From the IMG/VR virus record IMGVR_UViG_3300045988_155182: DNA of 64,000 bases; one strand, given 5' to 3'. Position 1 is the stretch's first letter. Each line of letters begins with the position of its first letter. Source of the stretch: a virus (Duplodnaviria; Heunggongvirae; Uroviricota; Caudoviricetes). This document shows positions 1 through 8,047 of the stretch, in pieces. The position numbers and the translations under genes are program-made. Under the pieces are notes generated by a model. The model was given only the letters and a program-made list of their open reading frames with translations, had not been told where the DNA came from and searched no databases.

Positions 1-83
1 TTAAACAACCTCTGTTCGCAATGCCCGGCAACACGCTGGGCATTTTCATATAGACACAATCCCTTCTGATTTACGCATACCCT

Positions 84-149
84 AAAACAATTTGTTTTCT
101 GCCTTTTGTTAATTGAGATAATAAGCCACATAAGAAAACAAATTGTTTC
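84..149 (+). promoter_or_regulatory. Two adjacent copies of the early operator palindrome (aaaacaatttgttttc at 84-99; agaaaacaaattgtttc at 133-149)
   Basis: Inverted repeat AAACAA-N-TTGTTT seen directly; the same motif recurs upstream of at least 10 genes in the window. Confidence 0.5.
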
Positions 150-161
150 GGAGTGGTTGAA

Positions 162-461
162 ATGTTGAACATTACCCAAGCCTACCAGGTGGCATTGATC
201 AGTTCATCTCATACATCAGAGGAAGATGCTCGTCGATTCATGATCGCAAGCAATGAGCTGGATTGGGTTTCGCAAATTGACGGCGGTTGTATTGTCCACG
301 CCGGGTTACAGGATGATGTCTGGAAAGACGACTTGCGTCGATATGGTATATCCGAAGGCGCGATTGCTAACATTCAGAAAGTACTTGATGTAGGCTTTGA
401 CTCTGTACATTTTGATTGTGGTGCGCCGGTCGTTGAAGGGCTTGAGTGCTGGAACTGGTAA
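162..461 (+). CDS. Hypothetical early protein (acidic, about 100 aa)
   Basis: ORF track 153..461; ATG at 162 has GGAG about 8 nt upstream; sits directly behind the operator palindrome. Confidence 0.5.
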   Translation: MLNITQAYQVALISSSHTSEEDARRFMIASNELDWVSQIDGGCIVHAGLQDDVWKDDLRRYGISEGAIANIQKVLDVGFDSVHFDCGAPVVEGLECWNW

Positions 462-506
462 CAGATATTAAAGCATTGGTAGTTTGTTTTTAGGATTATC
501 AAAGAA

Positions 507-1241
507 ATGAAAAAGTTGAAAAGTTTAGAAATCCCTGGGACTGGTTATAAATTCTTTATGGACAACGCGGAGTGTGCACCTAACGCGTTGGAAAAAATAC
601 AAAGTCTTATCAACAGCCTTACTGAAGAAGCGAAAGAACTGAAGAGCGAGGCGACAAAGGACAATACAGCTAAAATCCAATGCTTAAATCTCGTTTCTTA
701 TTGTTTATATCAAGTGTCCAAGACACTGATTAAAGGCAATATCTATTACGACGATGAAGACACCTCGACACCTGAAGAAAAAGATAGCGATGAAGAACTC
801 TATGAAGATATCTCTACTAGTGCGGGTCACGCTGCCTTCGATGCTATGGGTGAATCGTCAGGCATCAGATCATTTGTTGAACAGAACAATTCGACAATAA
901 TGATTGAGTACTGTGAACAAACAAGCTCCAAGGCCATACATGTTCTTCACGATGTTGCTGCAGGGGTTCGCTGTGAGGCTGAAGCGGTCAGAAAAGATGT
1001 ATTTGGTGCAGACAGTAATACCGTGAAAGCGTTCATCAACAGTGCTCTGCTAAATTCTTACTCAAACCTTATCGTCAATGCGGCACTATGCGCAAATTCT
1101 GGTGAAGAACACATTGTCATAACCGAAACCAAATATGAGCATCAACAGTCACCAACCATAGAAGAGGTAACTGCATTGGCTATCAAACAGGCGAGTGAAA
1201 TTAGTGATGAAATTCTCTCTCTGCTAAACAAAACTAAGTAA
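507..1241 (+). CDS. Hypothetical acidic protein (244 aa)
   Basis: ORF track; Asp/Glu-rich; no motif recognised. Confidence 0.5.
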   Translation: MKKLKSLEIPGTGYKFFMDNAECAPNALEKIQSLINSLTEEAKELKSEATKDNTAKIQCLNLVSYCLYQVSKTLIKGNIYYDDEDTSTPEEKDSDEELYEDISTSAGHAAFDAMGESSGIRSFVEQNNSTIMIEYCEQTSSKAIHVLHDVAAGVRCEAEAVRKDVFGADSNTVKAFINSALLNSYSNLIVNAALCANSGEEHIVITETKYEHQQSPTIEEVTALAIKQASEISDEILSLLNKTK

Positions 1242-1249
1242 AACATTGA

Positions 1250-2238
1250 TAATGGCGGTCACAATTTGATTCTTTTCTATAAGAATCCGTTGATCGCCAC
1301 TACTCCCCTTCCATACCCGCAATCACATCCTTAAATATCAATAAGTTATAGTTGTTTATACAATCAAGAAAACAACTGAATAACAGATCAACGAAACATC
1401 AACGCTTTCACCCGATTTGGTCTAAAAAATTGACGTTTTCACACATCACTGCTTATACCCGTAATTCTACGCAGCAGACAGCGCCACAGCGTCCAATTTT
1501 CACCACAGACGACCCAACACACTACCAACAAAAACACACGCTCAAAATCGCTCCCGTTGCGTTACACAACCATATAAACAACTTATTTTCAGGCATAACA
1601 AAACAACTAAATAACACACATGCCATTTCCAAAAACAACCAACCTCTTTATGGCAGGCTACCGAAAAGACCCACCTCTTCTCCCCAGGCTACCGGACAAC
1701 CAACCTAACTTTCACAGGCAATCCGAAAACATTCATACGCGCGATACCCACGACACGCCATTACCCAAACAGCGAAGAAACACCAGAATCACTGAACCCC
1801 CAACGAAGCCTGTAACCGCAAGGCTTCTCTCAATCCCAAAAGACACGAAACAGAACAATCACGGGAAACGCCATTACCCAACACACGAATAACTACAAAA
1901 GCCTTTCACACTCCAGACAAACAACTCAAACACAATAACGAAAGCAATCGCCCACCTGCCATTACTCCATACACGGAGAAGAACAATCACCAAAACGACG
2001 AGAACACCCCATAGAAGAACCACCGCAAAACGAACGAAACCACATACACCGACAGAGAGAACAACACACCCAATTCACCAACAGAATTAGTCGCCGTATA
2101 GAACGTTCTGGAAGGAGTGAGTATTAACGTCCATAGAGAGGTTGAGACAGATAAAACACGAATAAAACACAACATGTATAGCGAAGAAGCCAGGTATGTA
2201 TAAGTGGGGAGAGAAGGAGGGGTGTCGCCTCCTTTTTC
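1250..2238 (+). ncRNA. Candidate long non-coding transcript: strongly A+C-rich, G+T-poor tract ending at a rho-independent terminator
   Basis: Plus strand visibly dominated by A and C for about 0.8 kb; ORFs here give low-complexity T/P/Q/H/N peptides with no RBS; possible -35-like TTGATA near 1245 and an operator-like caagaaaacaa near 1365; hairpin plus T-run at 2215-2238. Confidence 0.3.
2215..2238 (+). terminator. Rho-independent terminator (aggagg-loop-cctcct + TTTTT)
   Basis: GC hairpin followed by T-run, seen directly. Confidence 0.55.
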
Positions 2239-2302
2239 GTATTTATTCAACTCCTGATTTTACCCCCCCCGTAACACCCCTACGGTCAGCCTTCGGTCCA
2301 TA

Positions 2303-2437
2303 CAGGGAAAAGGCTGCATCCCGCTACAGAAACGGCTGGGTTGCCTTCGGGGAACGGCTGGAGGTTTTCAGGGAAACGGTCGAGTTGCCTGTGTGGATTT
2401 CGGGAAAAGGCTCGATGCCGGTTCAGGAACGGTGGCG
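2303..2437. repeat. Iteron-like cluster 1: six direct repeats, consensus about cRGGRAAMGGYYG, starting near 2303, 2326, 2348, 2369, 2400, 2424
   Basis: Direct repeats at about 21-23 bp spacing (one 32 bp gap), i.e. roughly two helical turns; seen directly. Confidence 0.55.
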
Positions 2438-2745
2438 TACCGGTATAGCGAGAGGGAGAGTTGCGGCTACCCACCTGTAATGTGCGGGAAGAAGAGAGGC
2501 GCTCACGTGCAGGCGAACTTACTTACCGCTGGATTCCCTCTGAATGCCCAGCTACAGCGTAATTGTGCCAGACAGCCAACGGGTCACAATCGATTTCAGT
2601 AGGTTTTCGGGGAGATGATTATTCTGCCCACCAGCCACCTTCGGCCACTAAATCAGAATAATGTAAAAAGTGTACTCGGTACTGAACCTGAAAACTCACT
2701 GCCAAAACCACATTCACCGGAATAAAATCCTTTTTCGCCTGTGCG

Positions 2746-2786
2746 TTATTGCGATAATAACACCATCAAGAAAACAACATGTTTAA
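2746..2786 (+). promoter_or_regulatory. Conserved early promoter/operator cassette (gcgataat-aACACCatCAAGAAAACAAcaTGTTTA)
   Basis: Near-identical cassettes at about 4890-4923 and 5376-5409; GATAAT-like -10 followed by the operator palindrome. Confidence 0.5.
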
Positions 2787-2796
2787 GGATTGCTTT

Positions 2797-3126
2797 ATGT
2801 TTACAAATATCGACATCAACCAAATCAAGAAATTAACTCAAAAAGAGTTTGATCAGTTTTATGAGTTAGAAGGTTTGTCTTCCACTCTGATCAATTCAAG
2901 ATGGGTGCTGGAGCTGATGACTCGTGATGACGCACCTGCTTTGATGATTTGCGACATGGGTGAAGATGCTGACTTTATGGATATGAGCGAATTTTGTGTG
3001 GACACATACAACCGCAGCCAGAAGTACTACTTCACATGCGATAGCGAGAATGACGTTATTTCTAAGGTCTATCTTCACCTCGTCCAGCATTGGGACGTTC
3101 AGGAGTTTCTTGAAGTATTCGAGTAA
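2797..3126 (+). CDS. Hypothetical small acidic early protein
   Basis: ORF track 2779..3126; ATG at 2797 has AAGGA 7 nt upstream; Asp/Glu-rich. Confidence 0.5.
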   Translation: MFTNIDINQIKKLTQKEFDQFYELEGLSSTLINSRWVLELMTRDDAPALMICDMGEDADFMDMSEFCVDTYNRSQKYYFTCDSENDVISKVYLHLVQHWDVQEFLEVFE

Positions 3127-3251
3127 CCCCAACCAAAGCCAGCATTGCTGGCTTAATTTCTCTATAGCCGCAGGGAAGAACCTGCATATCGCTCATGCAC
3201 CTGATCAATATGCTTTGTAGCCGTTTTCTTACTGGTATTATTTACGCCATT

Positions 3252-3270
3252 GAGAAAACAAGTTGTTTAC
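3252..3270 (+). promoter_or_regulatory. Early operator palindrome (gagaaaacaagttgtttac)
   Basis: Motif family member immediately upstream of the 3280 gene. Confidence 0.45.
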
Positions 3271-3279
3271 GGAGTTGTG

Positions 3280-3591
3280 ATGAAAAAATCATTGGTTCTT
3301 GGTCTGGACAAAGACCAGAAGAGAAAAGAGAAGCCTGCGCTGGTTGCTCAATTAACTTTGCTGGACATCGTTGCCAATGGAACCTCTATTCGTCTGTTCC
3401 GTGAAACAGCGGTGTCTTTCGATAAAAACACCTTTACTCGTTATGTAATGAATGTTCGTCGCCAGCGTGGAAAAGGCTGGATGGCATTTCAAAGAATGTG
3501 GCCGGAACATCAGCTCGAACTGGCTTTGATGGAAGTTAACCGCGTGGCCCAGCAAGAAATTCAGAGAGCATCAGTGATGGCAATAGCCTGA
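3280..3591 (+). CDS. Hypothetical small basic early protein
   Basis: ORF track 3250..3591; internal ATG at 3280 preceded by GGAG. Confidence 0.5.
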   Translation: MKKSLVLGLDKDQKRKEKPALVAQLTLLDIVANGTSIRLFRETAVSFDKNTFTRYVMNVRRQRGKGWMAFQRMWPEHQLELALMEVNRVAQQEIQRASVMAIA

Positions 3592-3625
3592 TAATGTGCA
3601 AGTGGTAATTAGTCGACAGTACGAC

Positions 3626-3654
3626 AGCCCCGCCATCCTTACGGGGCTTTTTTG
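3626..3654 (+). terminator. Rho-independent terminator (agccccg-loop-cggggct + TTTTTT)
   Basis: Seen directly after the 3280..3591 gene. Confidence 0.6.
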
Positions 3655-3658
3655 TATT

Positions 3659-3674
3659 GTAAGTACATACTTAC
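3659..3674. repeat. GTAAGTA-N2-TACTTAC palindrome (first of at least 16 copies)
   Basis: gtaagtacatacttac; family recurs upstream of many genes across the window. Confidence 0.55.
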
Positions 3675-3717
3675 TATCATAGAATATAAAAATAACCAAA
3701 ACACTACGGAGAGTGAA

Positions 3718-4113
3718 ATGACCGTTAAACGCGAAAAACTGACAGTTGATGTTTACTATGCCTCTGAAACCGCCGAAGGTAAGAATGTGGCAAAAATCAC
3801 CGTTGTTACGTACAACACCGAAACTGGTGCCGAAGTCCAGGCCAGTACGATCGTGCGTAAAGGTGATGCCTCCGACGGCGAGTACGCGACTCAATACCAG
3901 TCTATTTTCGATGCAACTGACCCGCTGCTGCTGAAAATCGAGAACTACTTCCGCCAGGTTGATGAAGAGGTGTTTGAAACCATGATGAATATGGTTAACA
4001 CCGTATTCGCCTCCAACCTGAATACCAACACTGCCTGGATTGGTCAGTACGGCCTGCGCATTACCTCTGGCATTCCTGCCGACACCTTAATCCCTGAAAG
4101 CGTATTCGCTTAA
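3718..4113 (+). CDS. Hypothetical protein (132 aa)
   Basis: ORF track 3652..4113; ATG at 3718 preceded by GGAGAG; lies between a terminator and the next terminator. Confidence 0.5.
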   Translation: MTVKREKLTVDVYYASETAEGKNVAKITVVTYNTETGAEVQASTIVRKGDASDGEYATQYQSIFDATDPLLLKIENYFRQVDEEVFETMMNMVNTVFASNLNTNTAWIGQYGLRITSGIPADTLIPESVFA

Positions 4114-4121
4114 TCCTCTTT

Positions 4122-4150
4122 AAATGGCGCGTAAACCGCGCCATTTTATT
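4122..4150 (+). terminator. Rho-independent terminator (atggcgcg-taaac-cgcgccat + TTTT)
   Basis: Seen directly. Confidence 0.6.
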
Positions 4151-4157
4151 AAGCCCG

Positions 4158-4175
4158 ATAACAATTTGTTTTCTG
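4158..4175 (+). promoter_or_regulatory. Early operator palindrome (ataacaatttgttttctg)
   Basis: Motif family member upstream of the 4231 gene. Confidence 0.45.
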
Positions 4176-4230
4176 CCTTATCTGATTTGTGAAAATGATT
4201 TCACTGAAGCAACTTAATAAGGAAACCATC

Positions 4231-4605
4231 ATGGGACTTGATATCTATATCGAGACACAGCCTAAAAACGATCTGAATAACGAGGCATCCAGAAAGCAGG
4301 TTGCTTACTTCCGTAAGTTCAATGCGCTCGTTGGGTGGATGGAGCGCAACGTAGGTGAAGTCGAAAATTGTGAGCTTTTAGAATTAACGATGAATGACAT
4401 TTGTTTTCTGAAGGCTCATTTGATGCACATAAACGAAAGTAATTGCGAAGAGTACTTGCCTACCCGGGAAGGTTTTTTCTTCGGCAGTCAGGAGTACGAT
4501 GAAGGTTACTGGCATGATGTGGGGCAGTTGAAAGAGCTTGTGGAAGATCTGATTAAGAACCACGACTTTCACAATAACAGACTGACCTTCTGCGCCTGGT
4601 GGTAA
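4231..4605 (+). CDS. Hypothetical early protein
   Basis: ORF track 4189..4605; ATG at 4231 has AAGGA 7 nt upstream (the 4189 start is also possible). Confidence 0.45.
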   Translation: MGLDIYIETQPKNDLNNEASRKQVAYFRKFNALVGWMERNVGEVENCELLELTMNDICFLKAHLMHINESNCEEYLPTREGFFFGSQEYDEGYWHDVGQLKELVEDLIKNHDFHNNRLTFCAWW

Positions 4606-4607
4606 AT

Positions 4608-4751
4608 ATGGGCGATTTCAAGAAACGCCTGAAGGAAAGAGCCGAGATGGTCAGAAAGCAAAACGCCTCTTCTGTCATCAGATACGCAAGGCAGTTTAGT
4701 CGCAACAACAAATCAGTTGAGGAAAAGATCCTTAGCGTAATCGGGCGATAA
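4608..4751 (+). CDS. Small basic protein (47 aa), translationally coupled to the upstream gene
   Basis: ATG 3 nt after the upstream stop, open to TAA at 4749-4751; below the ORF-track size cutoff. Confidence 0.3.
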   Translation: MGDFKKRLKERAEMVRKQNASSVIRYARQFSRNNKSVEEKILSVIGR

Positions 4752-4756
4752 TTATT

Positions 4757-4780
4757 AAGGCCACCAGCATTGGTGGTCTT
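4757..4780 (+). terminator. Hairpin aaggccaccagcattggtggtctt (copy 1 of a repeated hairpin element)
   Basis: Near-identical hairpin at 5228-5251; no clear T-run, so it may be a processing or REP-like element rather than a terminator. Confidence 0.4.
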
Positions 4781-4889
4781 AAATGACTTTTAATAACCGA
4801 AGGTTAGTTTGAAACCTGGCTATCAACTTCCAGAACCTTTCTTGTGTATTCAGCCTGTATTAACTTCTTTTATGCCTTATCTACACTGC

Positions 4890-4923
4890 GATAATTACAC
4901 CAACAAGAAAACAACATGTTTAC
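4890..4923 (+). promoter_or_regulatory. Conserved early promoter/operator cassette (copy 2)
   Basis: cgataattacaccaacaagaaaacaacatgtttac. Confidence 0.5.
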
Positions 4924-4940
4924 GCAGTGAGGATATGCTC

Positions 4941-5222
4941 ATGACTGATTTCACCATTACCCCTAAAGCACAAAATGTATTCCTTGAATCATGGCTGGAC
5001 TTGCCGGAAACAGAACAGCAAGAAATGGATCATGTGGATTATGACGAGCAGGTAAGCACGCGATTCTTCCACTTTGAGGGATGCGTTTACGACATTGCCG
5101 ACTTCATGCGAGATGACCGCTTCCCTGAATGGCACGCAAGCTATCCACTAAACGCCTTTGCCATGCTGATGATCCGTGTGGATGATTCAGGGGATACCAT
5201 CGACATCGGTCTGCTCCACTAA
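4941..5222 (+). CDS. Hypothetical small acidic early protein (94 aa)
   Basis: ORF track 4809..5222; ATG at 4941 has GAGGA about 8 nt upstream; the upstream part of the track ORF overlaps the promoter cassette. Confidence 0.5.
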   Translation: MTDFTITPKAQNVFLESWLDLPETEQQEMDHVDYDEQVSTRFFHFEGCVYDIADFMRDDRFPEWHASYPLNAFAMLMIRVDDSGDTIDIGLLH

Positions 5223-5227
5223 AGATT

Positions 5228-5251
5228 AAGGCCACCAATGCTGGTGGCCTT
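5228..5251 (+). terminator. Hairpin aaggccaccaatgctggtggcctt (copy 2)
   Basis: Seen directly. Confidence 0.4.
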
Positions 5252-5375
5252 AAATGACCATCCTGTTTCCCGCAGGCTAAAAACACCAACCTCTTACCTC
5301 CAGGCAACCGACAAACCCACCTGTTCCCGTCCGGCTACCTCAACTTTCCACTTTGACGCCTTATTCATACAACGA

Positions 5376-5409
5376 TAATTAACACCAACAAGAAAACAAT
5401 TTGTTATTT
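5376..5409 (+). promoter_or_regulatory. Conserved early promoter/operator cassette (copy 3)
   Basis: cgataattaacaccaacaagaaaacaatttgttattt. Confidence 0.5.
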
Positions 5410-5426
5410 ACGATAAGGAATTAATC

Positions 5427-5909
5427 ATGAATTTTATCGCTACTGTAAACGCACCCGCACATGGCAATATCGCTGTAACGTTCTCTGACATTGAAAAACG
5501 AGTACTTGGTGCATGGCGCGACAATGAGACGGTAGAACTGTCAGCACAAGAAAAATGCATTATTGCACGCGACATCATTGGCAATCGTCGTTACTCGCGG
5601 GTATTTGAGAAAGCGTATGTGGTAAATTCTGGGTTCGGAACGTTCGTCTTTCCGGTGCGCTCAGGGCGATTCTGCCAGTCCAAGCTGATTGAGTTCGCTA
5701 CGCAGATTTCTGTCTGGATTAAAACTCAATCGTCGTTCAAATTTTCCGACGATGAAGCAGTATCGCAGGGGATGCGGATCGCCAACAATGCGATTAAATG
5801 CAAAAACATTACGTATACCGCTGGCGTTGATACATGGAAACTGTTTTGCGCTAACTTTATGCTGAATGTATACGCAAGCAACCGCATCCACATCCTTGAT
5901 GGCGTGTAA
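5427..5909 (+). CDS. Hypothetical protein (160 aa)
   Basis: ORF track; AAGGA upstream of the ATG. Confidence 0.55.
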   Translation: MNFIATVNAPAHGNIAVTFSDIEKRVLGAWRDNETVELSAQEKCIIARDIIGNRRYSRVFEKAYVVNSGFGTFVFPVRSGRFCQSKLIEFATQISVWIKTQSSFKFSDDEAVSQGMRIANNAIKCKNITYTAGVDTWKLFCANFMLNVYASNRIHILDGV

Positions 5910-5915
5910 CTGAGA

Positions 5916-5939
5916 AGAGGGCCAGAAACGGCCCTTTCT
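5916..5939 (+). terminator. Hairpin gagggcc-agaaac-ggccctttct
   Basis: Seen directly after the 5427..5909 gene. Confidence 0.5.
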
Positions 5940-5958
5940 CTATAGCCACCAGCTGCCG

Positions 5959-6039
5959 CAGGGAAATTTTCAGAAACGGCGAGGAACGCATTCATGAGCC
6001 GACGGGGAACGGCCAGGATTTTTTCGGGAAACGGCTGCA
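5959..6039. repeat. Iteron-like cluster 2 (cagggaaatttt, cagaaacggcgagg, cggggaacggccagg, tcgggaaacggctgc)
   Basis: Same repeat family as cluster 1; last two units about 22 bp apart. Confidence 0.5.
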
Positions 6040-6164
6040 TTCGCCTTTATATAGAAAAAACATCGGGAAGCTGGTGGAATCCAACCAGCGGTTGTCGGAC
6101 AGGTGAGCGGGGAAAATTATGATGACTTTCGTCGCCTGAGACATCCAGATTTCTTTCGTAGCGT

Positions 6165-6208
6165 AATCACATATGTGATTAAGTGGTGTGATTATGTGAA
6201 AAATCACG
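6165..6208. promoter_or_regulatory. Operator-like palindromes (aatcacatatgtgatt; tgtgattatgtgaaaaatcacg)
   Basis: Perfect 14 bp palindrome plus related half-sites in a large intergenic region; seen directly. Confidence 0.4.
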
Positions 6209-6494
6209 CGCACATAATACGCGAGCGGATACGGAACAAAACAAAATGCCGATCCGCGCCGACAATTAAACGCGGATCACATAGCAAGAATAAAAGCCAA
6301 TGATTAACCATACACCATAGCGCAATATAACGCGTTTTAAGCGCGTTAATGTGTTGAGTAATGGGTATGTACTGGTAAGGATATAAAAGCGCGTCTGTGG
6401 CGTTATTTTGGCGCTTATTTTATGTTGTTGGAGTGAGTCAAAGACAATAAAAAAGCGCCATCATTGGCGCGTTATGGTGGAAGTATTAGAAACG

Positions 6495-6529
6495 AAAAAA
6501 GCGCCCATAGTGGGCGCTCGATTTTATTT
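6495..6529. terminator. Bidirectional terminator (gcgcccatagtgggcgc flanked by A-run and T-run)
   Basis: Same 17 bp hairpin repeated at 6772-6788. Confidence 0.55.
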
Positions 6530-6754
6530 ATGTAAACTGATTTCAAATCCCATTTCTACAAACGCTTTTAACATTAAAAATATATCAGCGTCATTCACGT
6601 CTGCTTTTTTTCGCTCCTGGTCGCTCAATAAGTCAATTTTGCGCGTCGTTTCATCGATAAACTCGACTGCGCGCCCAGCGTAACCAGCGATCCCAGCGAT
6701 GCGATTAACAAAATATTCATTGCGCACGTTAACGCCAGCGATAAGAATAAACAT
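6524..6754 (-). CDS. Small hypothetical protein (76 aa) bracketed by two copies of one terminator hairpin
   Basis: ORF track; AAGGAG 7 nt upstream of the ATG on the minus strand. Confidence 0.35.
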   Translation of the reverse strand: MFILIAGVNVRNEYFVNRIAGIAGYAGRAVEFIDETTRKIDLLSDQERKKADVNDADIFLMLKAFVEMGFEISLHK

Positions 6755-6765
6755 GATTAAGCTCC

Positions 6766-6790
6766 TTAAAAGCGCCCATAGTGGGCGCCA
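6766..6790 (-). terminator. Terminator for the 6802..7452 gene (gcgcccatagtgggcgc + T-run on minus strand)
   Basis: Seen directly. Confidence 0.5.
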
Positions 6791-6801
6791 GATTCCATTA
6801 A

Positions 6802-7452
6802 TTACGCTTTGAAAGCATCAGCCAGATAGTTATAGAAATCATTTTTAATAAAGCGATATTGCTGCGTACCAGCTTTTGCGCTTCCCATTCCTTTGACTTT
6901 CTCAACAAGTCCAAGACGTTCGCAAAGATTGATAAGCTGGTTGGCTTGAGTGTATCCTGCGTCTAATTTTATTTCGTTGGCTTTTTTCGCTTCATTCATT
7001 AAATCGAAAACAGCGCCATTTGTGAACGTCTCGATCTCGTCGTTAATCATATCGATTAATGCGAATACACGAGATCCGGACATATCAGCGACGGAATAAA
7101 CACACTTTCCAGCTTTAATGGATTTAACCAGATAAACCAGTTTTTCCAGAGAATAACTGTTAGTCATTGCATCACGGAAAAAAACTTCTGGCGCTTGTTT
7201 GCTTGCTTTGATCGCATAGTAGAAAACAGAGCATAATTTTTCGTCTTCTACAGCGTTTACAACGTTGTTGATGAAGTAAGCAAGTTTAGTGGTCGCAGCT
7301 TGCATATTTGCTTTGTCTGCTTTAGTGTGCGTACCATTTTTATAATGTTCGTTATATGTTTGAGTTGCCAGATCTGCTTTTTCGCGCAGTTCATCGGATA
7401 CAATGGAAGCAGCTTCAATGATGGATTTTTTAGAAATGATAATGTTAGCCAT
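6802..7452 (-). CDS. Hypothetical protein (216 aa), AT-rich, own transcription unit
   Basis: ORF track; AT-rich upstream region 7453-7735 and terminators on both sides. Confidence 0.55.
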   Translation of the reverse strand: MANIIISKKSIIEAASIVSDELREKADLATQTYNEHYKNGTHTKADKANMQAATTKLAYFINNVVNAVEDEKLCSVFYYAIKASKQAPEVFFRDAMTNSYSLEKLVYLVKSIKAGKCVYSVADMSGSRVFALIDMINDEIETFTNGAVFDLMNEAKKANEIKLDAGYTQANQLINLCERLGLVEKVKGMGSAKAGTQQYRFIKNDFYNYLADAFKA

Positions 7453-7735
7453 GATAATTTTTCCTTATGTAAATTTAAAATTTATTGTCGTTAGCGTCTT
7501 CGCTTTCGACGAGTTCAATTATCGATATGCGAAAAAAGATTGCAAGTGTTTTTTTAAATTTTTTTGCAGGGATGAAAGTCCTAGAAATAAAAGCGAGATC
7601 GTCGAAGGTGTTCCCTAAATAAATAATCGATTCCGGCTTTAGACCTTATATATATTTAGGTTATTTGATTTATAGATATAAAGAAGTGATGTGAAAAATA
7701 ATAACCGGACTTAGCCGGTTATTAACCTTATAGAT

Positions 7736-8044
7736 TTATTGAACAGACTCTACAGCCTTACGATTGGTGTCAAATAGCGCATCAACGAACTGTGCCGATG
7801 ACTCGCTAGATTCGCAATCCAACATTGCCCGTTCTTCATTTGCCACTTTCTTACACAGTTCCACACTCTCACCTATCGCTTTTCCTGCTTTTACGGCTGC
7901 CGAAAATTGATACATGCAAACTGATACATTCTGAGACGTTGAGCACACGTCATTCATCAGCGACTGAATGACAGGCTTATAGTCCATTGCATTTGCCGCA
8001 ACTGAGCAAAGTAAAAATAATGGTGGTAACAATATCGATTTCAT
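7736..8044 (-). CDS. Secreted/periplasmic small protein with N-terminal signal peptide (MKSILLPPLFLLCSVAANA)
   Basis: ORF track; hydrophobic N-terminus with ANA cleavage-like site; several Cys residues. Confidence 0.5.
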   Translation of the reverse strand: MKSILLPPLFLLCSVAANAMDYKPVIQSLMNDVCSTSQNVSVCMYQFSAAVKAGKAIGESVELCKKVANEERAMLDCESSESSAQFVDALFDTNRKAVESVQ

Positions 8045-8047
8045 AAC

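Noticed and set aside
1352-1892. ORFs 1352..1708 and 1620..1892 inside the A+C-rich tract
   Set aside because: Translations are low-complexity (T/P/Q/H/N-rich) as expected from A+C-rich DNA read in any frame; no RBS; they overlap each other; better explained as non-coding.
2303-2437. Possible CRISPR array
   Set aside because: Repeats are short (about 13 bp), degenerate and spaced about 22 bp with non-unique spacers; no leader or cas genes; consistent with iterons, not CRISPR.
2196-2602. ORFs 2196..2480 (+), 2286..2474 (-), 2393..2602 (+) over iteron cluster 1
   Set aside because: They span the terminator and the direct-repeat array; repeat-driven open frames without RBS.
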